Notes under the pieces: generated by a model | The model's database searches: none | What the model was told of the DNA's origin: nothing | What the model saw: only the letters and a program-made list of their open reading frames with translations | DNA from: Armatimonadota bacterium | GTDB lineage: Bacteria > Armatimonadota > Zipacnadia > Zipacnadales > JABUFB01 | DNA: 64,000 nt | Reading direction: 5' to 3' | Assembly: GCA_013314775.1 (NCBI GenBank) | Contig: JABUFB010000003.1 | Coordinates: 106,622-170,621 of the forward strand | Made by a program: the position numbers and the translations under genes | Shown here: positions 46,247 to 56,120 of the stretch, one piece after another | Numbering within the stretch: the stretch's first letter is position 1 | Layout: every line of letters begins with the position of its first letter

Positions 46247-46284
46247 GGCTCCATCGACAATAGCGGCAAAGGGCGCGCCCGGGC

Positions 46285-47127
46285 ATGGAACCGAGAATTG
46301 CAGACAAGGAAGCCTTCTCGGTCATGGGCGTCGGGGTGCGTGGGAATCCGATGCAGCTTGACTACCAGGACATCTGGGGGCGGCAGTTCGCTCGGGTCGC
46401 GCCTGCACTGGAAGCCCTGAGCACGGAACCGGGGTACCATGGGGTGTACTTCGGCACGGACGGAGAGGGTACCGTCGATGTAATCGCGGGAGCTGCGGTG
46501 GCGGCCGATGCGCAACCGGTTGAGGGCGCAATAAAGCGCCGGGTCCCGGCGTCGACGTACGCGGTGTTCGAGTGCACCCTGGCGACAGTCGGGCAGACGC
46601 GGGGATACATCGAGGGCCAGTGGAAGCATGAGGCGGGGTACGAGGGCAATCCAGGCTGCGGGTGCGTCGAGCACTTCGCGCCAGGCTGCCAGGGCCCGGA
46701 TGCCCCTGTGGTCATCTTACACGGCAGTGCGGAAGAACGGTTGAGAGAAAAGCGCGACGGCCGTACAGGGAGACGCAGCAGATGGGATACCAGCTTACGC
46801 CGCACCCGATGGCGATTGGTGTCGATGACCTCTGTGTCCTGGAATCGCCCCGGAACACTCCGGTTCGCCTCCAGGCCGATGTGCTGGTCTGTGGCGCCGG
46901 GCCTGCCGGGGTCTCGGCCGCAATCGCCGCCGCGCGCGAGGGTGCCCGCACGGTGCTGCTGGAACGCTACGGCATGGCCGGCGGCATGTGGACCGCTGGT
47001 CTCGTCAACCCGTTTTTCGAAGCCACCCGCAATGGTTGGCTGGTGCGCGAGCTCATCCAGCGACTGGAAGCTGCGGGGGCTTGGAAGCGCTGGAAGTTCG
47101 CCCACACCTTCTGCCCGGAGACGATGA
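46285..47127 (+). CDS. GyrI-like small-molecule-binding domain protein (3' end uncertain)
   Basis: ORF track. First ~160 aa look GyrI-like; the remaining ~115 codons are Arg/Ser/Pro-rich and overlap the next gene in another frame. Confidence 0.4.
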   Translation: MEPRIADKEAFSVMGVGVRGNPMQLDYQDIWGRQFARVAPALEALSTEPGYHGVYFGTDGEGTVDVIAGAAVAADAQPVEGAIKRRVPASTYAVFECTLATVGQTRGYIEGQWKHEAGYEGNPGCGCVEHFAPGCQGPDAPVVILHGSAEERLREKRDGRTGRRSRWDTSLRRTRWRLVSMTSVSWNRPGTLRFASRPMCWSVAPGLPGSRPQSPPRARVPARCCWNATAWPAACGPLVSSTRFSKPPAMVGWCASSSSDWKLRGLGSAGSSPTPSARRR

Positions 47128-48107
47128 AACTCGAACTGGAACGGATGCTGGCCGAGGCCGGCGTGGAACTGCTATACCATACATACTGTGTGGACAGCAT
47201 CGTGCAGGACGGACGGCTGAGGGGGGTAATCACCGAAAGCAAGGCCGGGCGAGAGGCTGTCCTGGCGAAAGTGACCGTGGACTGCACGGGAGATGGGGAC
47301 ATCGCGGCGCGGGCCGGTTGCGAGTATGAGATGGGCAGGGATGCCGATGGCGTCGTGCAGCCGATGACCCTCATGTTCGAAGTCCGTGGTATCGGGAGCT
47401 TTGACTGCGACTCGGCTCTCGAATTGTTCGACCTCATGTCGGATGCGCTGGAGCGCGCCGGTCTGCCGCACCGCCTGCCTTTCGAGCGGGTAAACTACGC
47501 CCCGTGGCTCATCACTCTGCCGGCTGCGGGTGAGGCGGCGATCCAGGCCACGCATGTGTACCGACTGAACCCGCTGGACCCGGCGGACCTGACAAAGGGC
47601 ACGGTGGATGCCCGGCGGCAGGCTCACGAGATGGTGGAGGTCCTGCGTCATGTGCCGGGGCTCGAGGGCGTGCGGCTGGCGGCTACCGCACCGCAGATGG
47701 GGATCCGTGAAACCCGGCGCGTGACAGGCCTGTACAGGCTGACGCTGGCTGACCTGACGGCCCCGCGGGCGTTCGAGGACGGGATCGCGTCCTGCGGTTT
47801 CGGTGTAGATATCCACGATCCGGACCCGGATTCGGGCGTTGACAGCGGACACGGGGTGAAGACGGGGGTGTACGACATCCCCTACCGCTGCCTGGTTCCC
47901 GCGGGTGTGGGCGGCCTCCTGGTCGCCGGACGGTGCATCTCGGGGAGCCACGAGGCCCACGCATCGTACCGAGTGACCGGGACGTGCATGGCGATGGGGC
48001 AGGCGGCGGGCCTCGCGGCGGCGTGGTGTGTCAGGGACGGGATGGAGCCGGCGGAAGTGGACGGAGGAGAACTGCGAAGGGTGATTGCGTCTCGCAAGGG
48101 AGAGTAG
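46782..48107 (+). CDS. FAD-dependent oxidoreductase
   Basis: In frame with ORF 46662..48107; start set at ATG 46782. Dinucleotide motif VLVCGAGPAGVSAAIAAAREGA; TVDCTGDGDIAARAG. Confidence 0.75.
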   Translation: MGYQLTPHPMAIGVDDLCVLESPRNTPVRLQADVLVCGAGPAGVSAAIAAAREGARTVLLERYGMAGGMWTAGLVNPFFEATRNGWLVRELIQRLEAAGAWKRWKFAHTFCPETMKLELERMLAEAGVELLYHTYCVDSIVQDGRLRGVITESKAGREAVLAKVTVDCTGDGDIAARAGCEYEMGRDADGVVQPMTLMFEVRGIGSFDCDSALELFDLMSDALERAGLPHRLPFERVNYAPWLITLPAAGEAAIQATHVYRLNPLDPADLTKGTVDARRQAHEMVEVLRHVPGLEGVRLAATAPQMGIRETRRVTGLYRLTLADLTAPRAFEDGIASCGFGVDIHDPDPDSGVDSGHGVKTGVYDIPYRCLVPAGVGGLLVAGRCISGSHEAHASYRVTGTCMAMGQAAGLAAAWCVRDGMEPAEVDGGELRRVIASRKGE

Positions 48108-48261
48108 GCTGACAGCGGAAAGACTGAGAGCATCTTGGCTTACAGGCATCAGCGCGTTATCTTAGCAGCGGCCAGAGCGTGCCTGGACCTATCGAAGTCA
48201 GACGCTCTCTCTGTCCGGAATGAGTTCCGCCGGCCCTGGAGAGTTGGCATCTCGTTGGTGG

Positions 48262-48562
48262 GCCCTTTGCCTCACAGCCCGCGAAGCGGGCGACAGCTCA
48301 TAGCCGCGGGTGGAGTGGAGCGAAGCGGAACGGAGCCCGTGGAATCGGGGCACTTCAGGTCGCTTGAGCCCCCGGGGGGGGCGACAGAAATGATGAGAAC
48401 GCCGGGCGGTTGTGACGCCGGCTTCGCGGGCTGTTGTGGAAAGGCTCAAGGCAAAGGGCTGGCTGAACGCGGATTTGGGATTAGCCGGCACGCATCCAGG
48501 AGGACCGATGCTCTTTCGACGGCCTGTGAGTCTTGACACGCCCTGCACCTTGGCAATATACT
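48262..48562 (+). repeat. conserved promoter-proximal element, copy B
   Basis: cctcacagcccgcgaagcgggcgacag ... aATGATGAGAACgCCGGGCGGTTGTG ... caaagggc ... agccggcacg, as in copies A and C. Confidence 0.6.
48533..48562 (+). promoter_or_regulatory. sigma70-like promoter TTGACA-18-TATACT upstream of yceD
   Basis: -35 at 48533-48538, -10 at 48557-48562, ~60 nt before yceD. Confidence 0.5.
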
Positions 48563-48620
48563 CGCCTTCTGCAAATAGGCTCACAGGCCACCTATCGCGG
48601 CGAAAGCCGCGTTCTGCATT

Positions 48621-49130
48621 ATGCAATACCGGATTCTCGCGACGCTATCCAAGCCGCAGGGGCGAGTCCGGTGCGAAATTGACGCACCGGCACCCTATGG
48701 CGCGGGCGGGGAGTTCGTGGGTCCGGTGATCGGATATGTGGAACTTGAGAATGCCGATTCCCTCGTGACCGCGCGGGGCCGGTTGCATGCGACTGCGGTC
48801 TTGCCGTGCAGCCGTTGCCTTGCCGATCACGTCGTGGAGCTGGACGCTGAGGTCTATGAGCAGTGCTCGTTGACCCAGATTGACGAGCCTTCGATGTGGG
48901 AAGCCGGCACGGAGGAGCCTATCCCGCTTCTGAGTGGCGACCTGGTGGACCTGAGTGAACTGGTCCGGCAGGTGTTGGTCCTCAATGTGCCGTCGCGTTC
49001 CTTATGCCGGCCCGACTGTGCGGGCTTGTGCCCCCGATGTGGCAGGAACCTGAGCGACGGACCATGCGGCTGCGGCGAGGACGACGTGGATCCGCGCTGG
49101 GCCGGGCTTCGCGATCTCATCGACGACTGA
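48621..49130 (+). CDS. yceD: YceD/DUF177 family protein
   Basis: ORF track. C-terminal Cys motifs CSRCL and CAGLCPRCGRNLSDGPCGC; followed by rpmF. Confidence 0.8.
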   Translation: MQYRILATLSKPQGRVRCEIDAPAPYGAGGEFVGPVIGYVELENADSLVTARGRLHATAVLPCSRCLADHVVELDAEVYEQCSLTQIDEPSMWEAGTEEPIPLLSGDLVDLSELVRQVLVLNVPSRSLCRPDCAGLCPRCGRNLSDGPCGCGEDDVDPRWAGLRDLIDD

Positions 49131-49278
49131 CGGCATGCCGCTGGGCAGGCAGCGCTGCCTGAACCTGAGCGACAAGCCGGCTTGTTGAGTACTGACAGTC
49201 GGCCATTGGGGCCCGCATCGGGGTTGGCCGTGTTCAGACCTGTGTGCGGACGGCTGACAATGAACGGGAGACAGGAAA

Positions 49279-49488
49279 ATGGCGCTGCCGAAGAGGAAAC
49301 ATTCGAACACCCGGACAAGGAAGCGGCGGACGCATCAGAAGATCGCCCTTCCGAACCTCACCCAGTGCAGGAACTGCAAGACCATGATTCTTCCGCACAA
49401 TGCGTGCTACAAGTGCGGCTACTACAAGGGCCGGAAGGTCGACCACACGGTCGCGGAGGACGACAAGCGCAAGGAAGAGAAGAAGTAG
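49279..49488 (+). CDS. rpmF: 50S ribosomal protein L32
   Basis: ORF track. MALPKRKHSNTRTRKRRTHQKI...CRNCKTMILPHNACYKCGYYKGRKV. Confidence 0.9.
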   Translation: MALPKRKHSNTRTRKRRTHQKIALPNLTQCRNCKTMILPHNACYKCGYYKGRKVDHTVAEDDKRKEEKK

Positions 49489-49559
49489 GCTCTTTGCGCG
49501 GTCGATCGCCCGGACCTGAAGGCACTGGCTAGCGTCCGGGTATACCACAGGAGCCCCGA

Positions 49560-50573
49560 ATGCTCATAGCTCTGGATGCCATGGGCGGGGACTTGGCCCC
49601 CGACGAGGTTGTGCGCGGCGCCTTGCTGGCTGCGGACTGCCTTGAATCACAGGTGGCGCTCTGCGGCCAGGAAGACAGGATTCGCGCGCTTATCGCCGGT
49701 CACGCGGGAGCCGATCGGATGATCATCCGCCCGGCCACCGAGATCGTCGAGATGGAAGACAGCCCGCGCGTCGCTCTGCGCGGCAAGCCGGATTCCTCGG
49801 TTGCCCGCACCGTTGAGATGGTTCTCTCCGGTGAAGCCCAGGCGTGCGTCTCCGCCGGCAACAGCGGCGGGTTCATGGCCCTGTGCCACACGCGGTTGAA
49901 AACGATCCCTGGCATTGCCCGGCCGGCCATCGCGCTTTTCCTGCCCACGAAGCACGGCCCGCGGATCTTGCTGGATGCCGGCGCCAATGCGGACTGCAAA
50001 CCGGAATACCTGGTGCAGTTTGGCCTCATGGGCAGCATCTACGCCGAGTTCGCGCTGGGCATGAAGGCGCCGCGGGTGGGTTTGCTGAGCATCGGCACCG
50101 AGGCGCACAAGGGCAACGAACTGACCCAGGCCGCCATGCCGCTCATGGAGAAGGCCCCGATCAACTTCATCGGGAATGTAGAGGGCGACCAGGTTTTCGC
50201 AGACGATGACGTGGATGTCATCGTCTGCGACGGTTTCGTTGGCAATGTGGTACTGAAGGTTGCTGAGGGTGTCGCGGGTACGCTGGTTGACGTCCTTCGC
50301 ACCGGCATCAAACGCAGCGCGTGGGCGAGGATGGGCATGCTGTTCATGCGCGGCCCGTTCAAGGCGCTGCGAGATCTCTTCGACTATGGCACGTACGGCG
50401 GGGCGCTCTTACTGGGTGTCAACGGCATCTGCGTCGTCAGCCACGGTAAGTCTGACGCCTTCGCCATCAAGAACGCCTTGCTTGTTGCGGAGCGCGCGGT
50501 GAAGGGCCGGGTGGTGGAGCACGTCCGCGATACCTGCCGGGAGCTGTTCCCCGAGGCGTCTGTCCCTGCCTGA
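49560..50573 (+). CDS. plsX: phosphate acyltransferase PlsX
   Basis: ORF track. MLIALDAMGGD..., SAGNSGGFMA, ILLDAGANADCKPE. Confidence 0.9.
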   Translation: MLIALDAMGGDLAPDEVVRGALLAADCLESQVALCGQEDRIRALIAGHAGADRMIIRPATEIVEMEDSPRVALRGKPDSSVARTVEMVLSGEAQACVSAGNSGGFMALCHTRLKTIPGIARPAIALFLPTKHGPRILLDAGANADCKPEYLVQFGLMGSIYAEFALGMKAPRVGLLSIGTEAHKGNELTQAAMPLMEKAPINFIGNVEGDQVFADDDVDVIVCDGFVGNVVLKVAEGVAGTLVDVLRTGIKRSAWARMGMLFMRGPFKALRDLFDYGTYGGALLLGVNGICVVSHGKSDAFAIKNALLVAERAVKGRVVEHVRDTCRELFPEASVPA

Positions 50574-50725
50574 AGGCAGTACGCGCACGCCCCCAGATCC
50601 GCGGGATCTTTCGTGCCCATGCGAGGGCGGCGTTCAGGGACAATGGCCCGGCACCTGCGGGGCACCCGATCACATTGGCCGCTGCGCGCGAACTTGCCCG
50701 CCGCGGCGGCGAGGGACTCAAGACC

Positions 50726-51715
50726 ATGGAAGTTCGAGGCGCTTGTATCAAAGGTCTTGGCGCGTACGTGCCTGAGCGCGTGCTCACAAACCAGGACCTG
50801 TGCGACATCGTTGACACCAGCGACGAGTGGATCGTCGAGCATACGGGCATCCGTGAGAGGCGCATCCTCGCCGATGATCAAGCCAGTTCCGACCTGGCCT
50901 TCGAGGCAGCCCGCAAGGCCCTGGAGAACGCGGGCATCAGCGTCGATGATCTGGACATGATCATCGTTGCAACGATCACTCCGGACATGCCTTTCCCCGC
51001 AACTGCCAGCATCGTCCAGGACATGCTGGGCGCCAAAGGTGTCGGCACCTTCGACGTTGTGACCGGCTGCACCGGTTGGGTGCAGGCGCTGGTGACCGGC
51101 TCGCAGTATATCCAGACCGGGGCGGCTGATCACGTCCTGGTGATCGCTGCCGAATCCCTGACGCGCATCACCAACTGGACCGATCGCTCGACCTGCGTGC
51201 TCTTCGGTGATGGGGCCTGTGCCGCTGTTCTCGGGCCATGTGCGCCCGGGCAGGGGCTCTTGGCCTTCGCCATGGACACCCAGGGCGACTCTGCCGAACT
51301 CCTGATGATCCCCGCGGGCGGCAGCCGCACCCGCCTCACCCCCGAAGCTCTCGCGGACTACCAGCACCTGCTGCAGATGGACGGCCACGAAGTCTTCAAG
51401 CTCGCAGTGCGCGGCGTGCCGGAGATCGCGCGGCGCTGCATGGAGAAGGCCGGCCTGGAGATGTCGCAGGTTGACGTCTGCGTTCTGCATCAGGCGAATC
51501 TGCGGATCATCGATGCCGCGGCGAAGCGGCTGGACATCCCGTACGAGCGCATGGTCATCAACCTGGATAAGTACGGGAACACATCGGCGGCTTCAGTGGG
51601 TATCGCGCTGGATGAGTACGCGCGGGAGACAGGTCTCAAGCCCGGGGACGTCGTCCTGCTGGTTGCCTTCGGGGCCGGCTTCAGCCTCGCTTCCGCTGTC
51701 TTCCGGTGGACTTGA
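50726..51715 (+). CDS. fabH: beta-ketoacyl-ACP synthase III FabH
   Basis: In frame with ORF 50675..51715; start set at ATG 50726. Active-site region VVTGCTGWVQAL, HQANLRII, YGNTSAAS. Confidence 0.9.
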   Translation: MEVRGACIKGLGAYVPERVLTNQDLCDIVDTSDEWIVEHTGIRERRILADDQASSDLAFEAARKALENAGISVDDLDMIIVATITPDMPFPATASIVQDMLGAKGVGTFDVVTGCTGWVQALVTGSQYIQTGAADHVLVIAAESLTRITNWTDRSTCVLFGDGACAAVLGPCAPGQGLLAFAMDTQGDSAELLMIPAGGSRTRLTPEALADYQHLLQMDGHEVFKLAVRGVPEIARRCMEKAGLEMSQVDVCVLHQANLRIIDAAAKRLDIPYERMVINLDKYGNTSAASVGIALDEYARETGLKPGDVVLLVAFGAGFSLASAVFRWT

Positions 51716-51864
51716 TCGCGACGATCATCAGCTGTATCGACCGCCCGGGCCAGCATTACATGCGCCGGCCCCGGCGTTGAGAAAACCCTGCGCTTTGGCG
51801 TCTCGCGCCGCGCAGCCCAATCCCCGGCCCAGGGTCGGTTCACAGTTCCAGGGAGGTCCGCACA

Positions 51865-53013
51865 ATGGATTTCAGCTTCACCGAGGAACAGCAGGAGATC
51901 TTCGACGCCGTTGACGAGATCTGCGCCGACTTCAAGGCGACCGCTTGTGAGGTCGATGAGGCTGGCGAGTACCCTTGGGACAACATCAAGGTCATGGCCG
52001 AGTGTGACCTGTTCGGTGTGCCGGTTCCCGAGGAATGGGGCGGCATGGGCATGGGCTTCCTGGAATGGGGAGTCATCGGCGAGAAGCTGAGCGCTGCCTG
52101 CACCACCACCGGGGCCGTCTACGCTGCCCACATGCTGTGCATGTACCCGATCATGGCCTTCGGCACTGACGAGCAGAAGGACAAGTATCTGCGCGACCTG
52201 GCCAGCGGCAAGAAGATCGGCGCCATGGGTCTCACTGAGCCCAACGTGGGTTCCGATGCCGGCTCCGTCCAGACGCGTGCCGAAAAGCGCGGCGACAAGT
52301 ACATTCTCAACGGCACAAAGATTTTCATCACCAATGGCGGGGACGCGGAGACCTACGTGGTCGTAGCCAACAGCGCGCCTGATCGCGGGACCCGTGGTCT
52401 GACGGCTTTCATCCTCGAGAAGGGCATGCCCGGTTTCTCCTTCGGCAAGGATGAGAAGAAGATGGCGTACAACTCTCTGTCCAACCGCGAACTGATCTTC
52501 GAGGACTGCGAAGTTCCCGCGGAGAACGTGCTGTACAAGGAAGGCCGGGGCTTCCGCGTGGCCATGGATCTGCTGGACATCGGCCGCATCGGTATGGCTG
52601 TGGGCGCGGTTGGTCTTGCCCAGGCGGCGTACGATTGCGCCGTGCAGTATTCGCTGGTGCGCGAGCAGTTCGGGAAGAAGATCAGCGAATTCCAGGCCAT
52701 CCAGTTCCACCTCGCGGACATGGCCACCGACATCGAATGTGCCCGGTTGCTCGCCTACCAGGCCGCATGGATGAAGGATCAGGGCCTCCCCTTCAGCAAG
52801 CAGGCCGCGATGGCCAAGCTGTACGGTTCCGAAGCGGTCTCTCGCGTGTGCTCCAAGGCTGTACAGATTCACGGCGGACACGGCTACACCTGCGAATACC
52901 CGGTGGAGCGGTACATGCGCGAAGCCAAGCTGTTTGAGATCGTGGAGGGCACGTCCGAGATCCAGCGCGGCGTCATCGCCCTCGCCCTTCTGCGCGAAGC
53001 CATCAGCAAGTAA
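51865..53013 (+). CDS. acyl-CoA dehydrogenase (short-chain / butyryl-CoA dehydrogenase-like)
   Basis: ORF track. [16 protein letters not shown]..., [48 protein letters not shown]. Confidence 0.9.
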   Translation: MDFSFTEEQQEIFDAVDEICADFKATACEVDEAGEYPWDNIKVMAECDLFGVPVPEEWGGMGMGFLEWGVIGEKLSAACTTTGAVYAAHMLCMYPIMAFGTDEQKDKYLRDLASGKKIGAMGLTEPNVGSDAGSVQTRAEKRGDKYILNGTKIFITNGGDAETYVVVANSAPDRGTRGLTAFILEKGMPGFSFGKDEKKMAYNSLSNRELIFEDCEVPAENVLYKEGRGFRVAMDLLDIGRIGMAVGAVGLAQAAYDCAVQYSLVREQFGKKISEFQAIQFHLADMATDIECARLLAYQAAWMKDQGLPFSKQAAMAKLYGSEAVSRVCSKAVQIHGGHGYTCEYPVERYMREAKLFEIVEGTSEIQRGVIALALLREAISK

Positions 53014-53087
53014 ATGCCGAACAACAGCGGGTCAGGCGTCGGGGGAGACGATCTCACGGCGCCGGGTCCTTGACGAGGGCTTACAGC

Positions 53088-53870
53088 ATGAAGATCATCG
53101 TCTCGATCAAGCAGGTGCCGGACACCACCGAAGTGCGCATCAACCCGGAAACGGGCACCCTCATGCGCGACGGCGTCCCCAGCATCATCAACCCCTTCGA
53201 CGAGAATGCCATCGAGGCCGCGCTCCAGCTCAAGGAGGAGCATGGCGGTGAGGTAACCGTCATCACCATGGGGCCGCCGCAGGCCGAGGAAGCCCTGCGT
53301 CAGGCAATCGCGATGGGCGCCGACAACGCGCTGCTCTTGTGCGACCGCGCCTTCGCTGGAAGCGACACCCTCGCCACCGGCTATGCCCTCTCCCAGGCCG
53401 TACGCAAGATCGGGGATTTCGATTTGATTCTCTGCGGCAAGCAAGCTTTCGACGGAGACACCGCGCAGGTACCGCCCGGCCTTGCCGAACAGCTTGGCAT
53501 CCCTCAGGTCACCTACGCCATCGAAATCAAGGTGGACGGTAAGAAGGTCCGGGTCAAGCGGCTGCTGGACGACCGGTTCGAGGTGGTGGAGGCGCCGATG
53601 CCCTGTTTGATCACGGTGGTCAAGCAGATCAACGAGCCGCGCCATGCGGGGCTCAAGGGTGTCATGAAAGCACGCAAGGTCGAGATCCCGTGTCTCACAG
53701 CGGAAGACGTCGGTGCGGACCTTGAGCGCTGCGGTCTGTCGGGTTCGCCCACAAACGTCATGCGGGTGTTCGCCCCCAGCCACGACCACAAGGCCGAGAG
53801 GCTGGAGGGCGATGTGCCCGACGTGGCGCGCCAACTGGTGAGCCGGCTGCGGGATGCCAAGGTTCTCTGA
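53088..53870 (+). CDS. etfB: electron transfer flavoprotein beta subunit
   Basis: In frame with ORF 53070..53870; start set at ATG 53088. MKIIVSIKQVPDTTEV..., NPFDENAIEAAL, LILCGKQAFDGDTAQV. Confidence 0.85.
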   Translation: MKIIVSIKQVPDTTEVRINPETGTLMRDGVPSIINPFDENAIEAALQLKEEHGGEVTVITMGPPQAEEALRQAIAMGADNALLLCDRAFAGSDTLATGYALSQAVRKIGDFDLILCGKQAFDGDTAQVPPGLAEQLGIPQVTYAIEIKVDGKKVRVKRLLDDRFEVVEAPMPCLITVVKQINEPRHAGLKGVMKARKVEIPCLTAEDVGADLERCGLSGSPTNVMRVFAPSHDHKAERLEGDVPDVARQLVSRLRDAKVL

Positions 53871-53931
53871 ACAGGGAGCCGCAAGCCGGCCCCGACCCGT
53901 GGGGCGGCAAATCCACGCTACAGGGATCACA

Positions 53932-55128
53932 ATGTCTATACACATCGATGTCGATAAGTGCGTCGGCTGCAAGGTCTGCATCAGCGCCTGCCCGTACGGG
54001 GCGATCGTGGTTGAGGACGGCAAGGCTCGCTTCACCGAAGATTGCACGGGTTGCGGCGCCTGCGCATCCTCCTGCAAGTTCGGCGCAATCATCCTCGAAG
54101 TACCGAAGATGGCCGACGTGGACACCAGCGCCTACAAGGGCATTTGGGTCATCGCCGAACTGCATGACGGCAAGCTGGCCGACGTGTCGCTGGAACTCCT
54201 GGGCGAGGCATCCCGCCTTGCAGCAGACCTGGGTACGGATGTGTCTGTCGCGATCGTGGGCGAGTCCGTGGAGGCTCTCGTTCCCACGGCCGCTGCCCAT
54301 GGAGCCGACCGGGCGTACATCGTGGAGCACGAGGTGCTCTCGCAGTACCGCACCGGGCCCTTCAGCGACGTGCTCACCGGGCTGATCAACACCCACAAGC
54401 CCGAAATTGTCCTGTTCGGCGCAACGCCCATGGGCCGGGACCTTGCCAGCCGTATCGCCGCGCGCATCGGAGCGGGCCTCACCGCGGACTGCACCGGGCT
54501 GGATATCGACCCGGAGACCAAACTCCTGCGCCAGACCCGCCCGGCGTTCGGCGGCAATATCATGGCGACGATCCTGTGCAAGCAGGCTCGCCCACAGATG
54601 TCCACTGTGCGCCCACGCGTCATGAAGAAGATCCCGCCGCGCGAGAACGCCCAATGTGAGATCGTGCGCACCCAAGTGAATCTCAACGAGAAGGCAGTCC
54701 TCACCAAGATCATCGAGGTCATTCAGGAAGAGGGCGGCTCGAAGGTGAACCTGCAGGACGCCGAGATCATCGTCTCCGGCGGCCGCGGGATCAAGAAGGC
54801 TGAGAACTTCGCGCTGATTCGCGAGCTGGCCGATGCCCTGGGCGGCGTTGTGGGCGCGTCCCGCGCAACGGTGGATGCCGGCTGGATCCCCGCTTATCAC
54901 CAGGTCGGTCAGACCGGAAAGACCGTCCAGCCCAAGCTCTACGTGGCCTGCGGCATCTCCGGCGCAGTCCAGCACCTCGCGGGCATGTCCTCCTCCGACA
55001 CCATCGTGGCCATCAACACCGACCCGGACGCGCCGATCTTCAAGGTGGCGCATTACGGGATCGTTGGCGACCTGTTCGAGGTCATTCCGGAACTCGTGAA
55101 GGCGCTCAAGGAGGAATTCGGCAACTAG
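53932..55128 (+). CDS. etfA: electron transfer flavoprotein alpha subunit with N-terminal 2x[4Fe-4S] ferredoxin domain
   Basis: In frame with ORF 53854..55128; start set at ATG 53932. [12 protein letters not shown] and [12 protein letters not shown], then a standard EtfA body ([21 protein letters not shown]). Confidence 0.85.
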   Translation: MSIHIDVDKCVGCKVCISACPYGAIVVEDGKARFTEDCTGCGACASSCKFGAIILEVPKMADVDTSAYKGIWVIAELHDGKLADVSLELLGEASRLAADLGTDVSVAIVGESVEALVPTAAAHGADRAYIVEHEVLSQYRTGPFSDVLTGLINTHKPEIVLFGATPMGRDLASRIAARIGAGLTADCTGLDIDPETKLLRQTRPAFGGNIMATILCKQARPQMSTVRPRVMKKIPPRENAQCEIVRTQVNLNEKAVLTKIIEVIQEEGGSKVNLQDAEIIVSGGRGIKKAENFALIRELADALGGVVGASRATVDAGWIPAYHQVGQTGKTVQPKLYVACGISGAVQHLAGMSSSDTIVAINTDPDAPIFKVAHYGIVGDLFEVIPELVKALKEEFGN

Positions 55129-55155
55129 CCCGCGGGCGGTGCGCCGAGCACTCGC

Positions 55156-56082
55156 ATGATCGCTTACGTCTTCCCCGGCCAGGGCTCGCAGTTCGCGGGC
55201 ATGGGCAAGCAGATCGCGGGCGAATCCGCCATCGCGGAGGAAGTGTTGCGCGTGGTGGATGACGCCCTGGGCTTCTCCCTCACCGAGATCATGTTCGGCG
55301 AGGACGCCGACGCGCTCACACCCACCGAGATCCAGCAGCCCGCTATTTTCGCACACAGCGTGGCAACCTTCGCGGCGCTGCGCAAACGGCACGCGGAGGG
55401 GCCCGCGCTGGTGGCCGGCCACAGCCTGGGAGAGTACTCGGCAGTGGTCGCGGCAGGGTGTCTGGAGCTTGAGGAGGCAGCGCGCCTGGTGCGTAAGCGG
55501 GGCGAGCTGATGGCCGCCGCCGCAAGCCAGGTAGGCGGGGCAATGGCCGCGATCCTGAAGATGGAAACCGCGGACGTCGAGCAACTCGTTCAGGATGCGG
55601 CCGGCGAGGGCGTCCTGAGTGTTGCGAATTTCAACAGCCCGGGTCAGGTGGTTATCTCCGGCGAAAAGGCCGCGGTAGACGCCGCCTGTGCGCTGGCCAA
55701 GGAGCGCGGGGGACGGAGCATCCCGCTCAAGGTCAGCGGCGCCTTTCACTCCCCGCTCATGGCCCCTGCCGCAGAGATGCTCAGGCCGGAGCTCGAGGCC
55801 GTGCACCTGTCCGACGCGACAGTCCCGATAGTCTCCAACGTGGACGCCACGGCGCGCACTGAGGCAGACGGGATTCGCCAGGCGCTGATCCATCAGGTGA
55901 CGGGGAGCGTGCGGTGGGAGGACTCAGTCCGGACGATGATTGCTCAGGGTGTGGACTGCTTTGTAGAAGTCGGGCCGGGTAATGTGCTGGCGAAGCTGAT
56001 CGAGCGCATCGACAGCAACGTGCGCGTGGCCAGTGTCGGCACGCTGGCGGAGATCAATGCGTTCGTGGAATCACTGGGCTAA
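55156..56082 (+). CDS. fabD: malonyl-CoA:ACP transacylase FabD
   Basis: ORF track. MIAYVFPGQGSQFAGMG, active-site GHSLGEYSA. Confidence 0.9.
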   Translation: MIAYVFPGQGSQFAGMGKQIAGESAIAEEVLRVVDDALGFSLTEIMFGEDADALTPTEIQQPAIFAHSVATFAALRKRHAEGPALVAGHSLGEYSAVVAAGCLELEEAARLVRKRGELMAAAASQVGGAMAAILKMETADVEQLVQDAAGEGVLSVANFNSPGQVVISGEKAAVDAACALAKERGGRSIPLKVSGAFHSPLMAPAAEMLRPELEAVHLSDATVPIVSNVDATARTEADGIRQALIHQVTGSVRWEDSVRTMIAQGVDCFVEVGPGNVLAKLIERIDSNVRVASVGTLAEINAFVESLG

Positions 56083-56120
56083 ACAGGGCGCAGTTGCCCG
56101 TTGACACCGGAGGTCGCAGC

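Noticed and set aside
50384-55893. Minus-strand ORFs antisense to the fab/etf cluster (50384..51490, 51490..52881, 52884..54125, 53758..55893)
   Set aside because: All overlap strongly supported plus-strand genes; typical high-GC shadow ORFs.
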